From positions 480,001 through 544,000 of the forward strand of contig CAVQUB010000015.1 in NCBI GenBank assembly GCA_963716725.1: 64,000 nt of DNA, written 5' to 3'. The notes beneath the pieces are model-generated. The model saw only the letters and a program-made list of their open reading frames with translations, made no database searches and was not told the origin of the DNA. The translations under genes and the position numbers were made by a program. Numbering within the stretch: the first letter of the stretch is position 1; each line of letters begins with the position of its first letter. Source of the DNA: an uncultured delta proteobacterium. Its GTDB lineage: Bacteria; Myxococcota_A; Polyangia; Polyangiales; Polyangiaceae. Shown here in pieces: positions 39,504-50,160 of this stretch.

Positions 39504-40667
39504 TCATGCCGCGCGGCGCTGGGCGAGGCGCTCGCGTAGCTGCTCCGCCAGATCGCCCGCGCCCGCCGCCTCCGTTTCACCGGCGATGCGCTCGAGATCT
39601 TCATCGGGGACGTGCTCGGCGATCTCGAGGGTGAGCTCCGCCGCCGCGCGAGCGTTGCCGGCTTTCAGCTCGAGACGCACCAATGTCGCGGCCACCTCGA
39701 CTCGCGGATCGCCTTGGGCTCGCAGCGAGGCGAGCAAGGCAGCCGCGTGCGCGGGGTCCCCGTCGGCTTCGGCCACCGCCGCTTCCAGGTAGGGGTCCAG
39801 CCCCCCCCGGGTCGTCCGCACCAAATTGCGGGCGGCCGCCACCTCTCCGCTGGCCAGTGCGGCCCAGATCATCAGCTCGAAGGCCTGCTTTCGCTGGACG
39901 GGATCGCGGCTCGCCTCGAGGGCGGCGCTGGCCAGCGCGCCTGCGCGGGGGCCCTCACCCGAATCGAGCGCGCGGCGAGCTTCGGCCAGCAATTCCTTCG
40001 CCGCTTCGGCGGGGATCCGCCCGCGAGCCGGCGTCTCCTGCATCGCTGCGAAGAAGTTCGTGACGCCTCCCATGGCGAACAGCAACGCACCGAGCAGTGA
40101 GCCCAATCGATACAGCACGATGGCCGCGATGATCCCGAAGATCAGCGAGACGGTGGCGGACAGCTTCCTGCGCTCGGGGCCGAGGGCGGCGGCGAGCACC
40201 TGGCCGCCGTCGAAGGGCAGCACCGGCAGGAGGTTGATCACGCTCCAGAACACGTTGGCGAAGGCGAGCAGCGCCAGGGCTTCGACCCAAGGGGTCCCCT
40301 TGGGGGCGCCCAGCGCTTGCGAGAGCCCGATCAGCGCGCCGTAGGCCAGGAAGCCGAGGGCGAAGCCTGCCCCCGGGCCGGCCAGGGTCACCAGGATCCG
40401 GCGCTTCCTGCCCAGGTCCGGCGCCGCGGACCAGGACGTCACACCGCCGAGCATGTGCAGCACGATGCTCGGCGATTGACCGTAGGCCCGCGCGGCGAAG
40501 GCGTGGCCCAGCTCGTGGACCAAGATCGACACGAAGATGATCCCCAGCCACAGCACGGCGTCGGTCCAGGGGCGTCCGGGGCGCAGCCCGATGACGACCG
40601 CGAGGATCCAGAACCCGATCTGGATCTCGACCGGGAACCCGAACAGTCTGAAGCGGACAGCGCCCAT
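39504..40667 (-). CDS. Site-2 protease (M50) with C-terminal TPR-like region
   Basis: VHELGH, AGP, NLLPVLPFDGG. Confidence 0.88.
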   Translation of the reverse strand: MGAVRFRLFGFPVEIQIGFWILAVVIGLRPGRPWTDAVLWLGIIFVSILVHELGHAFAARAYGQSPSIVLHMLGGVTSWSAAPDLGRKRRILVTLAGPGAGFALGFLAYGALIGLSQALGAPKGTPWVEALALLAFANVFWSVINLLPVLPFDGGQVLAAALGPERRKLSATVSLIFGIIAAIVLYRLGSLLGALLFAMGGVTNFFAAMQETPARGRIPAEAAKELLAEARRALDSGEGPRAGALASAALEASRDPVQRKQAFELMIWAALASGEVAAARNLVRTTRGGLDPYLEAAVAEADGDPAHAAALLASLRAQGDPRVEVAATLVRLELKAGNARAAAELTLEIAEHVPDEDLERIAGETEAAGAGDLAEQLRERLAQRRAA

Positions 40668-40711
40668 TGGCGTTCCTGATAGCGCAGGTCCGACGAGCGG
40701 GCGAGCCGGGA

Positions 40712-42529
40712 TCACTCCCGGACGAACACGGCCGTCCCCTGCCCCATGTCGGCTCCGACGTTGATGCCGTGCCAACCGTCGGGCAGTGGCGGATCTGTCC
40801 AACGAAAGACCAAGCGGGCGTCGATGGGAGCCAGGTTCACGCAGCCGTGGCTTCGGGGCAGACCGAACACGTCGTGCCAGTAGGCCCCGTGCAGCGCGTA
40901 GCCGGCGGCGAAATACTGGATCCAGGGCACGTCGCGCAGCTCGAAGTTCTGCGAGCCCCGGCGCACCGTGATCCCGTACTCGGGATCGCGCCCCTTGCTC
41001 AGGTTGAGCAGCCGTCGCTGGTCGTCCGTGCCGAGCTTCTTTCCGTCCTCCTCGGCCTTTTTCAGGCGAGCGATGGTCGCGGCCGTGTCGCCGCTGACGG
41101 CGACCGCGCGGGAGCGGCTGCCCCCGGCCACGGTGGAGTTCTCTTGGGAGTCCATGGCGGCCGCGATGTGTTTGCTCTGCAGGCGGAACTGCCCCTGAAT
41201 CGTGGCCAGCGTGGTCTTCGGATCTCCGACGCGGTCGCGCCCGGTCGAGACCAGCGTCGCGTACCAAGGGCGCTTGCCTTCGTACAAGACCAACGTTTGC
41301 TGCAGCAGCGACACGTCGATCCATTTCTCGCCCTTGTCGGCGGCTTCCGGAAAGGTCGCTGGGGGGGTCACCACCGCGATGTCGTCGGCGCGCAGCCAGC
41401 GGGTCTTGTCCTTGGCGGTCTGATAGAAGCGCTTACCGGCCTTGACCCGCGCGTTGCCCGTGAGCGGTACGATGGCGCGCTTCGGAACCTCGTCACCGGG
41501 CTTGGCTTCGTCTTTTCCCTTGATGAGCTTCCACGTGCTCGCGTCGCTCTTGATCACCCAGGCGAAGGGCATCTCGACGGCCTTGCCGATCTCGACGCCG
41601 TGGAAGGGCGAGCCAGTGTCCGGCTTGACCTTGGTGGTGGGGATCAGCCGCAGATCGACCGTGACCCCGAAATGCCGCTTGAAACCGGCGTCGTCGCTGT
41701 CGAAGGCCCCCACGAACGAGAGGCCGGTCTTGCGCCGGACGCGGTCGGCGAAGACCGCGTAGTCGGGCACGTTGAAGCCGGAGACGTTGGGCACCAGCCG
41801 CTTGCCTGCCTCGAGCCAAAACGGGATGGCATCGCTCGCGGTCTTGCCGCCGAAGAGCTCGTTCAACGAGTGCTCGGTGGCTGGCCGGAACCCCGCCGCG
41901 GGTTTGATCCCGGGCCCGGCGATGCCACGGGCGTCGAGGGCGACGTCGTTGGCACCGAGCACCACGCCCTGAACCTCGGACTTGTGGGATGCATACCAGT
42001 CGAGGTGCTCCGAGAGCTGGAACTCGCTCTTTTCTTGTTCGGCTTTGGTCGGAACGCGCAGGTACTGCGGCGCGGTCGCGCGCACGAACCCGTAGCGGTA
42101 GGGCAAGGGCTTGTCGAGATCGGGCCGAACGCTCGCCGCACGCAGGATAGGCGCGTCCATCTCGGTCGTGGCCTCGTCGCCGCAGACGTGACCCATGGGG
42201 TAGACGCGGTACCACTTGCCCTTGCAGCCCTTGCCGGTCACAGGATCGGCGTCGCGCTTCACGATGCCGCCGAGGCGGAGGTAGCCGAGCTTGCGAGAGT
42301 CGGTGTCGGGCAGCTTGTACACGGTGGCCGCGATCACCGTCGCGCCGAGCTTCGGCGCGGAGTCCGGCGCTTGGGTGTCGAGCTCGCCGTGCGCGACCAC
42401 CAGCGTCGAGACCGGATTGGGGACAGCGCTCGCCGACGCCGGCGGCGCGGGCTCGGATTTGGCCTTGGGCGTGCAGGAGCCAGCGGCGAGGGCCGCGAGC
42501 GACACGAGTGCGAGTCCCCGAACAGTCAC
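40712..42529 (-). CDS. L,D-transpeptidase (YkuD) family lipoprotein
   Basis: Lipobox AGSC; WIDVSLLQQTL, VSTG, ALHGAYWH...SHGCVNL. Confidence 0.9.
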   Translation of the reverse strand: MTVRGLALVSLAALAAGSCTPKAKSEPAPPASASAVPNPVSTLVVAHGELDTQAPDSAPKLGATVIAATVYKLPDTDSRKLGYLRLGGIVKRDADPVTGKGCKGKWYRVYPMGHVCGDEATTEMDAPILRAASVRPDLDKPLPYRYGFVRATAPQYLRVPTKAEQEKSEFQLSEHLDWYASHKSEVQGVVLGANDVALDARGIAGPGIKPAAGFRPATEHSLNELFGGKTASDAIPFWLEAGKRLVPNVSGFNVPDYAVFADRVRRKTGLSFVGAFDSDDAGFKRHFGVTVDLRLIPTTKVKPDTGSPFHGVEIGKAVEMPFAWVIKSDASTWKLIKGKDEAKPGDEVPKRAIVPLTGNARVKAGKRFYQTAKDKTRWLRADDIAVVTPPATFPEAADKGEKWIDVSLLQQTLVLYEGKRPWYATLVSTGRDRVGDPKTTLATIQGQFRLQSKHIAAAMDSQENSTVAGGSRSRAVAVSGDTAATIARLKKAEEDGKKLGTDDQRRLLNLSKGRDPEYGITVRRGSQNFELRDVPWIQYFAAGYALHGAYWHDVFGLPRSHGCVNLAPIDARLVFRWTDPPLPDGWHGINVGADMGQGTAVFVRE

Positions 42530-42576
42530 GAGAACAGCGTTCTTAGCGAGATTTCCCGCTTCGTCAAACGCGGCGC

Positions 42577-44022
42577 TCAGCCCGCAGGATCGCCGTCGGT
42601 CGAGAGATCGCTGACGGACTCCCCGCCCTTTCCCTTGCCGTCGATCTCGACGTGCTTGGCGCCTTCCGGCAGCTCCGGCAGCTCCTCGAGAGGCGTCCCC
42701 GGGCCCACCCAGAAGACCTCGGGCACCGGCCGGTAGGCGCTGGAGTAGCTGCGCAAGGGTCGGACCTCGCCCCCCGGCAACGTGATCCTTACGCTGCTGA
42801 CCACGTCATAGCCCTTCTTGCCCCCCTGCCGTTTGACGGTCTTGCCGTCCTTGACGAAGGGCTTGGTCCAGACGCGTCGATAAAAGTCGTGGCTGCGGAT
42901 GACCGCGTAGGTGTGCTCGACCTTGCCCTCGGGCTCGCGACCGAGCAGCTCGACGCGCAGCCGCGTCGGCGTCGGCAAGAAAGCGTGGATGATCAGCGGC
43001 GTGTCGTAGGGGTTCTTGAACTTGAGGTCGACCTCGCCGTAGACGACGGTGGCGTCGAGCCCCAGCGGTACGTAGCCGCTCGGTCGGCTGTGGCTCCGCC
43101 GAGCGACGACGTCGAGCGCCCCGAACACGGCCGCTGCATGCACGGTGGACGCGACCTGACACGCGCCGCCGCCGAGCCCCGGCTCGAGCTCGTCGTCCCG
43201 GATCACCGGTGCCATCACGAAGCCGCGCGCGACGCTGCGCTCCCCCACGATTTGATTGAAGCTGACGGTTTGGTTCGGGGCCAGCACGAAGCCGTTGAGA
43301 TAGGTGGCGGCCTTCGAGATGTTCACCGCGCGCCCCTGCCCGGTGCCTCCGAAGCCAGTCTCGAAGGACGAGAGCACCCGGGTCACGTCGACGTTGGCCA
43401 GCGACGCGCTCGTGACCTTGGCCGGCACGGGCCGCGTAGCCAGGGCGAACACCGCCAGATCGACGCGTTCACCCTCCACGAGCATTTGCAGCGTGCCGTC
43501 CGGGTCGAGCTTCTGCCCGGGTTTGTCGTCGATGCGTTGGTGCGCGACCAGATCGAGGCGAGCGTCCACGGGCTCTCTCTCGACCTGCCCCGCGACGCGA
43601 TCCATCGCCACCCGGGCGCGCTCGAGATCGACGCTCCAGACCAGGGGCATGTCCACCTCGCCGCGTCGGGACTTCAGCGCGCGGTAAGCCCGTTCGCTCG
43701 GTGTGCCGCTGTCCCTGTGATCGCGCACGGCCTTCATCGTCGCGGCCACATCGAGCTCGACGCCGAGCTCTCCGAAAGAGACCGGGAGCGTGCCGCCGGA
43801 GTCCGGCAACAGGAAGTACGCCTCCCGGTCCAGCAGGCGCACTCGACGCACCTCGAGCCAGTCGCCCAGAGACACGTCAGCGGGCTGGAGCTCTCCGCCC
43901 ACGGTGGCCCCGGGCATGGCGCGGCCCGAGGACTGCCAGTCGAAATAGACCCAGGTGACGCCGCCGGTGAGCGCAGCCGCGCTCAGGGCGAGCAACGAGG
44001 CGAGAACGAGATCGCGGCGCAC
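42577..44022 (-). CDS. VanW-family protein with peptidoglycan-binding region
   Basis: N-terminal [48 protein letters not shown]. Confidence 0.88.
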   Translation of the reverse strand: MRRDLVLASLLALSAAALTGGVTWVYFDWQSSGRAMPGATVGGELQPADVSLGDWLEVRRVRLLDREAYFLLPDSGGTLPVSFGELGVELDVAATMKAVRDHRDSGTPSERAYRALKSRRGEVDMPLVWSVDLERARVAMDRVAGQVEREPVDARLDLVAHQRIDDKPGQKLDPDGTLQMLVEGERVDLAVFALATRPVPAKVTSASLANVDVTRVLSSFETGFGGTGQGRAVNISKAATYLNGFVLAPNQTVSFNQIVGERSVARGFVMAPVIRDDELEPGLGGGACQVASTVHAAAVFGALDVVARRSHSRPSGYVPLGLDATVVYGEVDLKFKNPYDTPLIIHAFLPTPTRLRVELLGREPEGKVEHTYAVIRSHDFYRRVWTKPFVKDGKTVKRQGGKKGYDVVSSVRITLPGGEVRPLRSYSSAYRPVPEVFWVGPGTPLEELPELPEGAKHVEIDGKGKGGESVSDLSTDGDPAG

Positions 44023-44139
44023 GGGCAAATGGTAGCGGGCCTTCGCGGCTGCCGGCAAAGTGCCGGGCACCGGATGGGGCCAACACGGCGAATACGCTCG
44101 GGTGCGGGGGTTCTCTTCCCGAGCTATATCCGGGGGGCC

Positions 44140-44340
44140 ATGCAGCTGACCGTGAACGGAGAGAGCCACGAGGTGCCCGAGGGGTTGAGCGTCCGGGGGT
44201 TGGTCGAACACCTGGGCCTCACCGACGGCCCCGTCGCGGTGGAGAGGAACCGGCAGGTCGTGCCGCGCGCCACGCACGCAGCCGTACTGCTCTCCCCCGG
44301 CGACGTGGTCGAAATCGTGCACTTCGTCGGCGGGGGCTGA
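44140..44340 (+). CDS. thiS: Sulfur carrier protein ThiS
   Basis: 66 aa; MQLTVNGE...VAVERN...EIVHFVGGG. Confidence 0.9.
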   Translation: MQLTVNGESHEVPEGLSVRGLVEHLGLTDGPVAVERNRQVVPRATHAAVLLSPGDVVEIVHFVGGG

Positions 44341-44354
44341 CGACGCACGAATCG

Positions 44355-44873
44355 CTACTGCTGTCGCTTGTGCTCGCGGGCGAGCTCCAGGTAGCTGACG
44401 GCGCCGTTGATGCCCAAGAGCGCCTCGTCGGGCGTGACCTCGCGGATCACCTTGGCGGGGGCGCCGCGCACCAGGCTGCGCGGCGGGATCTTCATGCGCG
44501 GCGGCACCACGCTGCCGGCCGCGATCAGGCAGTCGGCGCCGATCTCGACGTTGTCCAAGATGATGCTGCCCATGCCCAGCAGCACGCGATCGCCGATCTT
44601 GGCGCCGTGGATCACCACGTTGTGCCCGATCGTGACGTCTTGCCCGATGTCGGTGTGGCTGATCCCGGTGGTCATGTGGATCGTGGTCAGATCTTGCACG
44701 TTGGTCCGGGCCCCAATCCGGATCTGACCGCAGTCGCCCCGCAGCACAGCGCCGTACCAGACGTTGACCTCGTCTTCGAGCTGGACGTCGCCGATCACCA
44801 CCGCGGTATCGGCCAGAAAGCAGCTGTCCGCGATGCGCGGCACGTGGGTCTTGAATGCGCGAACCAGAGCCAT
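44355..44873 (-). CDS. Gamma carbonic anhydrase family protein
   Basis: VIGDV, WYGAVLRGD, TNVQD..IH, VTIGHNVVIHG hexapeptide repeats. Confidence 0.92.
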   Translation of the reverse strand: MALVRAFKTHVPRIADSCFLADTAVVIGDVQLEDEVNVWYGAVLRGDCGQIRIGARTNVQDLTTIHMTTGISHTDIGQDVTIGHNVVIHGAKIGDRVLLGMGSIILDNVEIGADCLIAAGSVVPPRMKIPPRSLVRGAPAKVIREVTPDEALLGINGAVSYLELAREHKRQQ

Positions 44874-46324
44874 CAGATCACCATGGGAAGCAGGCGTTTT
44901 TCCGGACTCGACGTCTCGGCGCTCAGGGCCTTGGCACGTCGCGGGTCGAACAACTCGCCTTCGAGGGAGTTCTTGAAGGCGCGCACGATGCGCAGCGAGA
45001 CGAGCTCTCCCGTCGGATCGTCCTGGCAGCCGAAGTGCACGATCTCGCTGCCCTCGGTCCGACCGGTGTAGCCGGTCCGGCCGCGGCCCACCGCGATCAC
45101 CTGCTGGGTCGAACCGACCAACGACTCCAGATGGCGGCAGCGGATCGCGTCGCCCAGTTCGAAGAGCTCCGCGAGCCGAGAGCTCTTCTCGTCCTCCGGC
45201 ACGTCGTCTTCGAGCTGTCGGGCGGGCGTGAAGGGACGCTCGGAGTACTTGAAGCCGAACAGGCCGACGAAGGAGAGCTCCCGCACGATCGCCAGCGTGT
45301 CCTCGAAGTCCTGGCTGGTCTCGCCAGGGAACCCCACGATCACGTCCGTCGTCAGCGTCACGCCGGGCACTGCCGCCGCGAGGGCTGCGACGCGTTCTCG
45401 GTACTCCGCCACCGAGTAGCGCCGAATCATGCGTCGGAGCACGCGGTCGCTGCCGCTCTGCACGGGCATGTGCACATGGCGCGCCATGAACGGAAGCTCC
45501 TGATGAGCCCGGATCAGGCTCATGGTCAGGTGGCGCGGGTGGGGGCTCGCGTAGCGCAGGCGCCGCAGTGACGGCACTTCTCGGGCGATGCGGCGCAGAA
45601 GCGAGGCGAACTCGCTCTCGTCTTCTCTCGCGGTGGTCGGGTGAGTGTGGGTCCACGGCGCCTCGCCGGCGCCCGGCGCCGGCCCCAAGCCGCGGGAGGG
45701 ATCCCGGTAGCTGTTCACGGTCTGCCCGAGCAGCATCACCTCGAGCGCTCCCGCTGCGACCAGGCGCGCGATCTCGTCGACGATCTCGTCGCTCGGTCGG
45801 TAGCGCTCGGGCCCGCGCGTGTGAGGCACGATGCAGAACGAGCAGCGCTCGTTGCAGCCCTTCATGACCGTGACCTGAGCCGTCGCCCCGGTGGTCCCGC
45901 GCTCGGCCCGCGCTCGCAAGAACTGAGGCCGCTCCAGATCGTGCACCGTGAGCACACGCGGGGGACCGCCGGCGTCGATCTCCGCCAACAGGGCCGGCAG
46001 CTCCGGGATGTTGTCGGGCCCGAACACCAGATCCAGCTCGGGCACCCGTCGGAGCAGCTTCTCGCCCTCCTGCTGCGCGACGCAGCCGGCCACGCCGAGC
46101 ACGACCCCGGGGCGAGCGCGCTTGTGTTGGAGCAGCCGCCCGACCTCGCTGCGCAGCTTCTGCTCGGCCTTCTCGCGCACACTGCAGGTGTTGACCAGGA
46201 TCACGTCGGCGACCTCGGGGCTCTCGGTCTCCCGGAGGCCGGCTTCGACCAGCACCTCGGCCATCCGAGCCGAGTCGTGCTCGTTCATTTGGCAGCCAAA
46301 GGTGACGAGGGCAAAGGTCCGCAC
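44873..46324 (-). CDS. miaB: tRNA-2-methylthio-N6-dimethylallyladenosine synthase
   Basis: TFGCQMNEHDS, NTCSVRE, GCVAQ, radical SAM CNERCSFC, PVQSGS, IVGFPGET, C-terminal TRAM-like region. Confidence 0.95.
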   Translation of the reverse strand: MRTFALVTFGCQMNEHDSARMAEVLVEAGLRETESPEVADVILVNTCSVREKAEQKLRSEVGRLLQHKRARPGVVLGVAGCVAQQEGEKLLRRVPELDLVFGPDNIPELPALLAEIDAGGPPRVLTVHDLERPQFLRARAERGTTGATAQVTVMKGCNERCSFCIVPHTRGPERYRPSDEIVDEIARLVAAGALEVMLLGQTVNSYRDPSRGLGPAPGAGEAPWTHTHPTTAREDESEFASLLRRIAREVPSLRRLRYASPHPRHLTMSLIRAHQELPFMARHVHMPVQSGSDRVLRRMIRRYSVAEYRERVAALAAAVPGVTLTTDVIVGFPGETSQDFEDTLAIVRELSFVGLFGFKYSERPFTPARQLEDDVPEDEKSSRLAELFELGDAIRCRHLESLVGSTQQVIAVGRGRTGYTGRTEGSEIVHFGCQDDPTGELVSLRIVRAFKNSLEGELFDPRRAKALSAETSSPEKRLLPMVI

Positions 46325-46430
46325 GGCGGGCGGAACCTAGCACCGCGCCTGACGTTTGGCCTGATTCCCCTCAGATATCGCGGAAAGTCGCGCTTGTCGG
46401 CTTATGTAAGAGCATGTAGGCTTCTGTCGC

Positions 46431-49154
46431 ATGAGACACCGCTGGTGGCAGGGCTTTGCGGCACTGGTTCTCTCGGTCTCGACCCTGCAGCTCCCGGGCT
46501 GCGGCAGCGAGAGCGCACCGGCGGACAGCGACGCCTGCAACGCGCCGTCGGCCCGCGCGAGCTGCGTTCCCGCTTACCCCAAGGGCAAGTCCGACGCGCC
46601 GGATCCCTGCGCGATCAACGGCTGGTACGACGACGAAAGCGGCTTCTGCGACGACCCCTATGGCTACTGCGCGGCGCCGGATCCCGACTGCGGTCCCGAT
46701 CCCGAAGCCTGCGGCGACACGCCGGAGTCCGAGGGCAAGATCTGGAAAGGCAGCGCGAAGCAGGGCTGCATCGGTCCGGGCGGCGGCGCCGGCGACGACA
46801 TCGAGCTGCTCTTGACCGAGCCCTACTGCGACGTCTGCACCGATCAGGACAAGGCCGTCCTCAAGCCACGTTCGCCGATGGTGAAGAAGGTCGTCGATCT
46901 GATCGACGGCGCGCAGGTCTCGGTGGACGTCTCGCAGTTCACCTTCAGCGTGACCGAGATCGTCGACGCGCTGCTCCGGGCCCACGGTCGCGGCGTGAAG
47001 GTCCGGCTCGCCATCGACTCGGCTCAGAACAACCCCGACTCCAAGGCGACCGCCCTGGCGAAGCAGGGCGTCGACGTGCGCTTCGTCGCGGGCAAGCCCA
47101 GCGGCCCCGAGGGCAAAGGCCTCTTGCACGCCAAGTTCGTACTTGTCGATGGCAAGACGCTGCTCTCCGGCAGCAACAACTACTCGTCGACCGGCACCAC
47201 CATCAACGAGGAGAACGCCATCCTGGTCCGCGGCGCCGCCGACCACCCGCTGATCCAAGGCTTTTCCTGCCACTTTGCCGCGATCTGGGCCAGCGATCAC
47301 GCCGCCTCCGGAGCTTGTTCGAACCCCAGCGTGGCGTTCACGCCGTCGACCGCGCCGATCAAGCTCCTGAAGGATCGCATCAAGGCCTCCAAGAAGAGCG
47401 TCGACGTGATCATGCACCACCTGACCTTCACCGATTTGGTGAAGGAGCTTCGCAACGCCGCGAAGCGCGGGGTGCAAGTGCGAGTGCTGGTCAACGCGAC
47501 CGACCGGGCCGAGCACACGGGAGCCGCCTGGAACGAGCTTGCCGCTGCCGGCGGACGCATCCGCTACAAGCAAGTCAACCCGGCGACCTACCAGCTCCTG
47601 CACCACAAGCTGGTGATCATCGACGGCCGACTCATGGTCGACGGCTCGGGCAACTGGTCGGGCAGCGCGTTCTTCAACAACTTCGAGAGCTACATGGTGA
47701 TCGACCACCCCAGGGTGATGGAGCGCATGCGCGAGCTCTATCATCGGCTCTGGACCTGGTCGCTCTCGGGAGCCTCATTGGATCAAGGTCGCGACGCGGC
47801 CCAGCAGCACGTCGACGAGACGCATGCCTACTTCGGCAACCTGCACGCTCACTTTCACGCCCAAGACAACGGCGTGGCCCTCGACGACGGCAAGGCCGAG
47901 AAGAAGGACGCGAGCGGCCAGATCGTGCCGGTCAGCGTCCCGAGCGAGGTCGGCGCGGCGGCCCGCGACGCCTTCGAATACTCCCGAGACGCGGGCCAGC
48001 TCGATTTCCAGACCCTCTCGCCGCACTGCCACGACGACGGCGCCGGCAGCGACGGCGCGAACATGACCGAGGCGGGATTTGCCAGCCTGGTCCAGGCCGC
48101 CGAGGCCAGCACCAGCCCCAAGTTCGTGGCGATGGCGGGCATGGAATGGAGCACCAACAGCCTGGGCAACCACGTCGGCGTGGTCGGCTCCCGAACCATC
48201 GCCAAGACCGAGCGTGGCCGCTTCGACTTGTTTTACGGCGGCTACCTGCCCGAGCGCGAGGCCGCCGGCGACCGGCCCATGGTGATGCTCAACCACCCCA
48301 AGACCTTCCGCACCAGCGAAGACAGCCTCGAGGGCAGCTGGGACATGGTCTTTGGCGTTGCCCTCACCAACATCGCGAAGCAGAGCGAGCGCGGGCACAA
48401 GTTCAACGACTACGGCATCGACGATTTCGCGCCCCTCAAGGACCTGCGTCCGTCGTGGATCGCGGGCACGTCCCTGCCCGACCCCGTCATCGTGGACAAG
48501 ACGCTGGCGACGGTCTGGGCGAGCGCGGCTCCCTACGTGCGAACCATGGAAGTGACCCTCGGGCGCGGCACCGATCTCGCGGGCGAGGTCCCGACCAACC
48601 CGAGCCTGGTCGAAGATCTGCAGAACCCCGGCACGCTCGTGCGCCGCACGCGGATCTCGGACTTCGACTTCTTCCTGACCCGTGGCTTTCGCATCGCGCC
48701 CACCGCTTCCCACGACAACCACTACGCCAACTGGGGACTCGGCCACAGCAGCCGGACCGTGGTCATGGCCGAGAGCTTGAGCGAGGCCGCGCTCGTCGGC
48801 GCCATCGAACAGCGCGAGGTCTTCGCCAGCGAAGATCAGAACCTGTCGGTGCGCTTCTACGCGGCGGGTCGCGTGCCCATGGGCGGCCGGACGCAGACGC
48901 CCAGCGCCAGCGTCGCCGCCCGCGTGTGGCTCGCCGATCCGGACTATTCCGGCCCCTTCCAGCTCCGGGTCTTCCACGGCACCTTGGGCGGCAAGGTCGA
49001 GCTGGCGAGCGAGCAAACCAATCTCTCCGCAGGCTGGCAGCACCTCGATCTGGCCGTCGCTGCGCCCGGCGAGCACTTCTTCTACGTCGAGGTGCTCGAG
49101 GTCGACGCCAACCGCGCAGCGTGGACGGCGCCGATCTGGATCGAGCGGATCTGA
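46431..49154 (+). CDS. Lipoprotein: tandem phospholipase D (HKD) domains fused to a PHP/CehA-McbA-like metallohydrolase
   Basis: Lipobox LPGC; Cys-rich N-terminus; HAKFVLVD and HHKLVIID; YFGNLHAH, GMEWS, NHP, SHDNH. Confidence 0.85.
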   Translation: MRHRWWQGFAALVLSVSTLQLPGCGSESAPADSDACNAPSARASCVPAYPKGKSDAPDPCAINGWYDDESGFCDDPYGYCAAPDPDCGPDPEACGDTPESEGKIWKGSAKQGCIGPGGGAGDDIELLLTEPYCDVCTDQDKAVLKPRSPMVKKVVDLIDGAQVSVDVSQFTFSVTEIVDALLRAHGRGVKVRLAIDSAQNNPDSKATALAKQGVDVRFVAGKPSGPEGKGLLHAKFVLVDGKTLLSGSNNYSSTGTTINEENAILVRGAADHPLIQGFSCHFAAIWASDHAASGACSNPSVAFTPSTAPIKLLKDRIKASKKSVDVIMHHLTFTDLVKELRNAAKRGVQVRVLVNATDRAEHTGAAWNELAAAGGRIRYKQVNPATYQLLHHKLVIIDGRLMVDGSGNWSGSAFFNNFESYMVIDHPRVMERMRELYHRLWTWSLSGASLDQGRDAAQQHVDETHAYFGNLHAHFHAQDNGVALDDGKAEKKDASGQIVPVSVPSEVGAAARDAFEYSRDAGQLDFQTLSPHCHDDGAGSDGANMTEAGFASLVQAAEASTSPKFVAMAGMEWSTNSLGNHVGVVGSRTIAKTERGRFDLFYGGYLPEREAAGDRPMVMLNHPKTFRTSEDSLEGSWDMVFGVALTNIAKQSERGHKFNDYGIDDFAPLKDLRPSWIAGTSLPDPVIVDKTLATVWASAAPYVRTMEVTLGRGTDLAGEVPTNPSLVEDLQNPGTLVRRTRISDFDFFLTRGFRIAPTASHDNHYANWGLGHSSRTVVMAESLSEAALVGAIEQREVFASEDQNLSVRFYAAGRVPMGGRTQTPSASVAARVWLADPDYSGPFQLRVFHGTLGGKVELASEQTNLSAGWQHLDLAVAAPGEHFFYVEVLEVDANRAAWTAPIWIERI

Positions 49155-49413
49155 CGCGACCACGCCGAGGCAGAGACGCGGAGAACGCGGAGAGCGCGGG
49201 GATTTTTTGGGTCTCAAGATCTGTCGAACAAAGGGTGATGGATGGATGGCAGCGACTGCGGCGGCGGCCATTCGTACGGGTCGCTGCGCGTCGCCGACGT
49301 GATCCATCGGCCGGCGGGGCACGGCCCGTGCGGGAGACCGGCTCAGGTCGTCGTGGTGGTTGGGAGTGTCGAGGCGGCTGGCGTGTGGAAGGTCGGCTGC
49401 CGTCGACGCTGCG

Positions 49414-50000
49414 TCAGCCGAGCAGCTTTGGGGCGTGCCGCAGGAGGTTGGAAGAGATGGCGTTGAGCAAGATCACGCAAGTGATCTTGGCCGCGCCGCG
49501 GACGAGCACCTGGGTGATGCCGTGATGGGTCTTCTGGTGATCCGCGTGCCGTCCTGCGCCACCAGATCGAGCGACAGGAGCCCCTTGTGCCTCAGCGACG
49601 CGAGGATGTCGGTCATCAACTGGTCGAGCGCCTCGCCGTGGTCGACGCGAAACGACGACAGCGTGTGATGGCTCACCTTCAGGTCCCCGATGATCCAGCG
49701 ATACGCATCGTCGCTGCCGGTCAGGCGCTCGATCTCAGGCGCGCCGCCGACGGCCTGCGAAATGGCGTACAGCCAGAGCACCAGCTTCATTCGCGGTGAC
49801 AGCGTCTTGCGCCCGACTGTGCCCTCCACCGCCTTCACACCGTCGAGAAACGCGCCGAGGTCCAGCGTGCCCACCACGTTCCAAAGCACGCGCGCCGGGT
49901 GCGTCGGCGCAAGCGCCTCCTCCGGCAGCTCGAATCGGACCACGCACTGGCTCCGCTGCGGCTCTTTGACTCGTGGCTTGCCACCGCGCTCGTCGTTCAT
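49414..50000 (-). pseudogene. Internally deleted IS1182-like transposase
   Basis: N-terminal DUF772-like region (HPARVLW, LWLYA, IERL, AYRWI, HHTLSSFR, VAQDGTRI) joined out of frame near 49535 to a C-terminal tail (HHGITQVLVRGAAKITCVILLNAISSNLLRHAPKLLG*). Confidence 0.8.
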
Positions 50001-50160
50001 GCCTACGGCACAGGAGCCAGCCGATTTCTATTTCCGGAGACTTTCATTCTTGGGTCTCCTCACATCTTCGTGGATGCGGGGAGTAGCCACCGTCGGGGAG
50101 GCCGCGCCGGCGAGTCGGGTCTTCGCCTGCACCAGGGGCTCCGGGGACGCCGGCGCTCCC

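Noticed and set aside
44040..44139. TPP riboswitch upstream of thiS
   Set aside because: Short intergenic region lacking the CUGAGA core.
45641..49525. 1294-aa ORF on the plus strand
   Set aside because: Arg/Gly/Pro-rich out-of-frame shadow of miaB and the PLD gene, typical of high-GC DNA.
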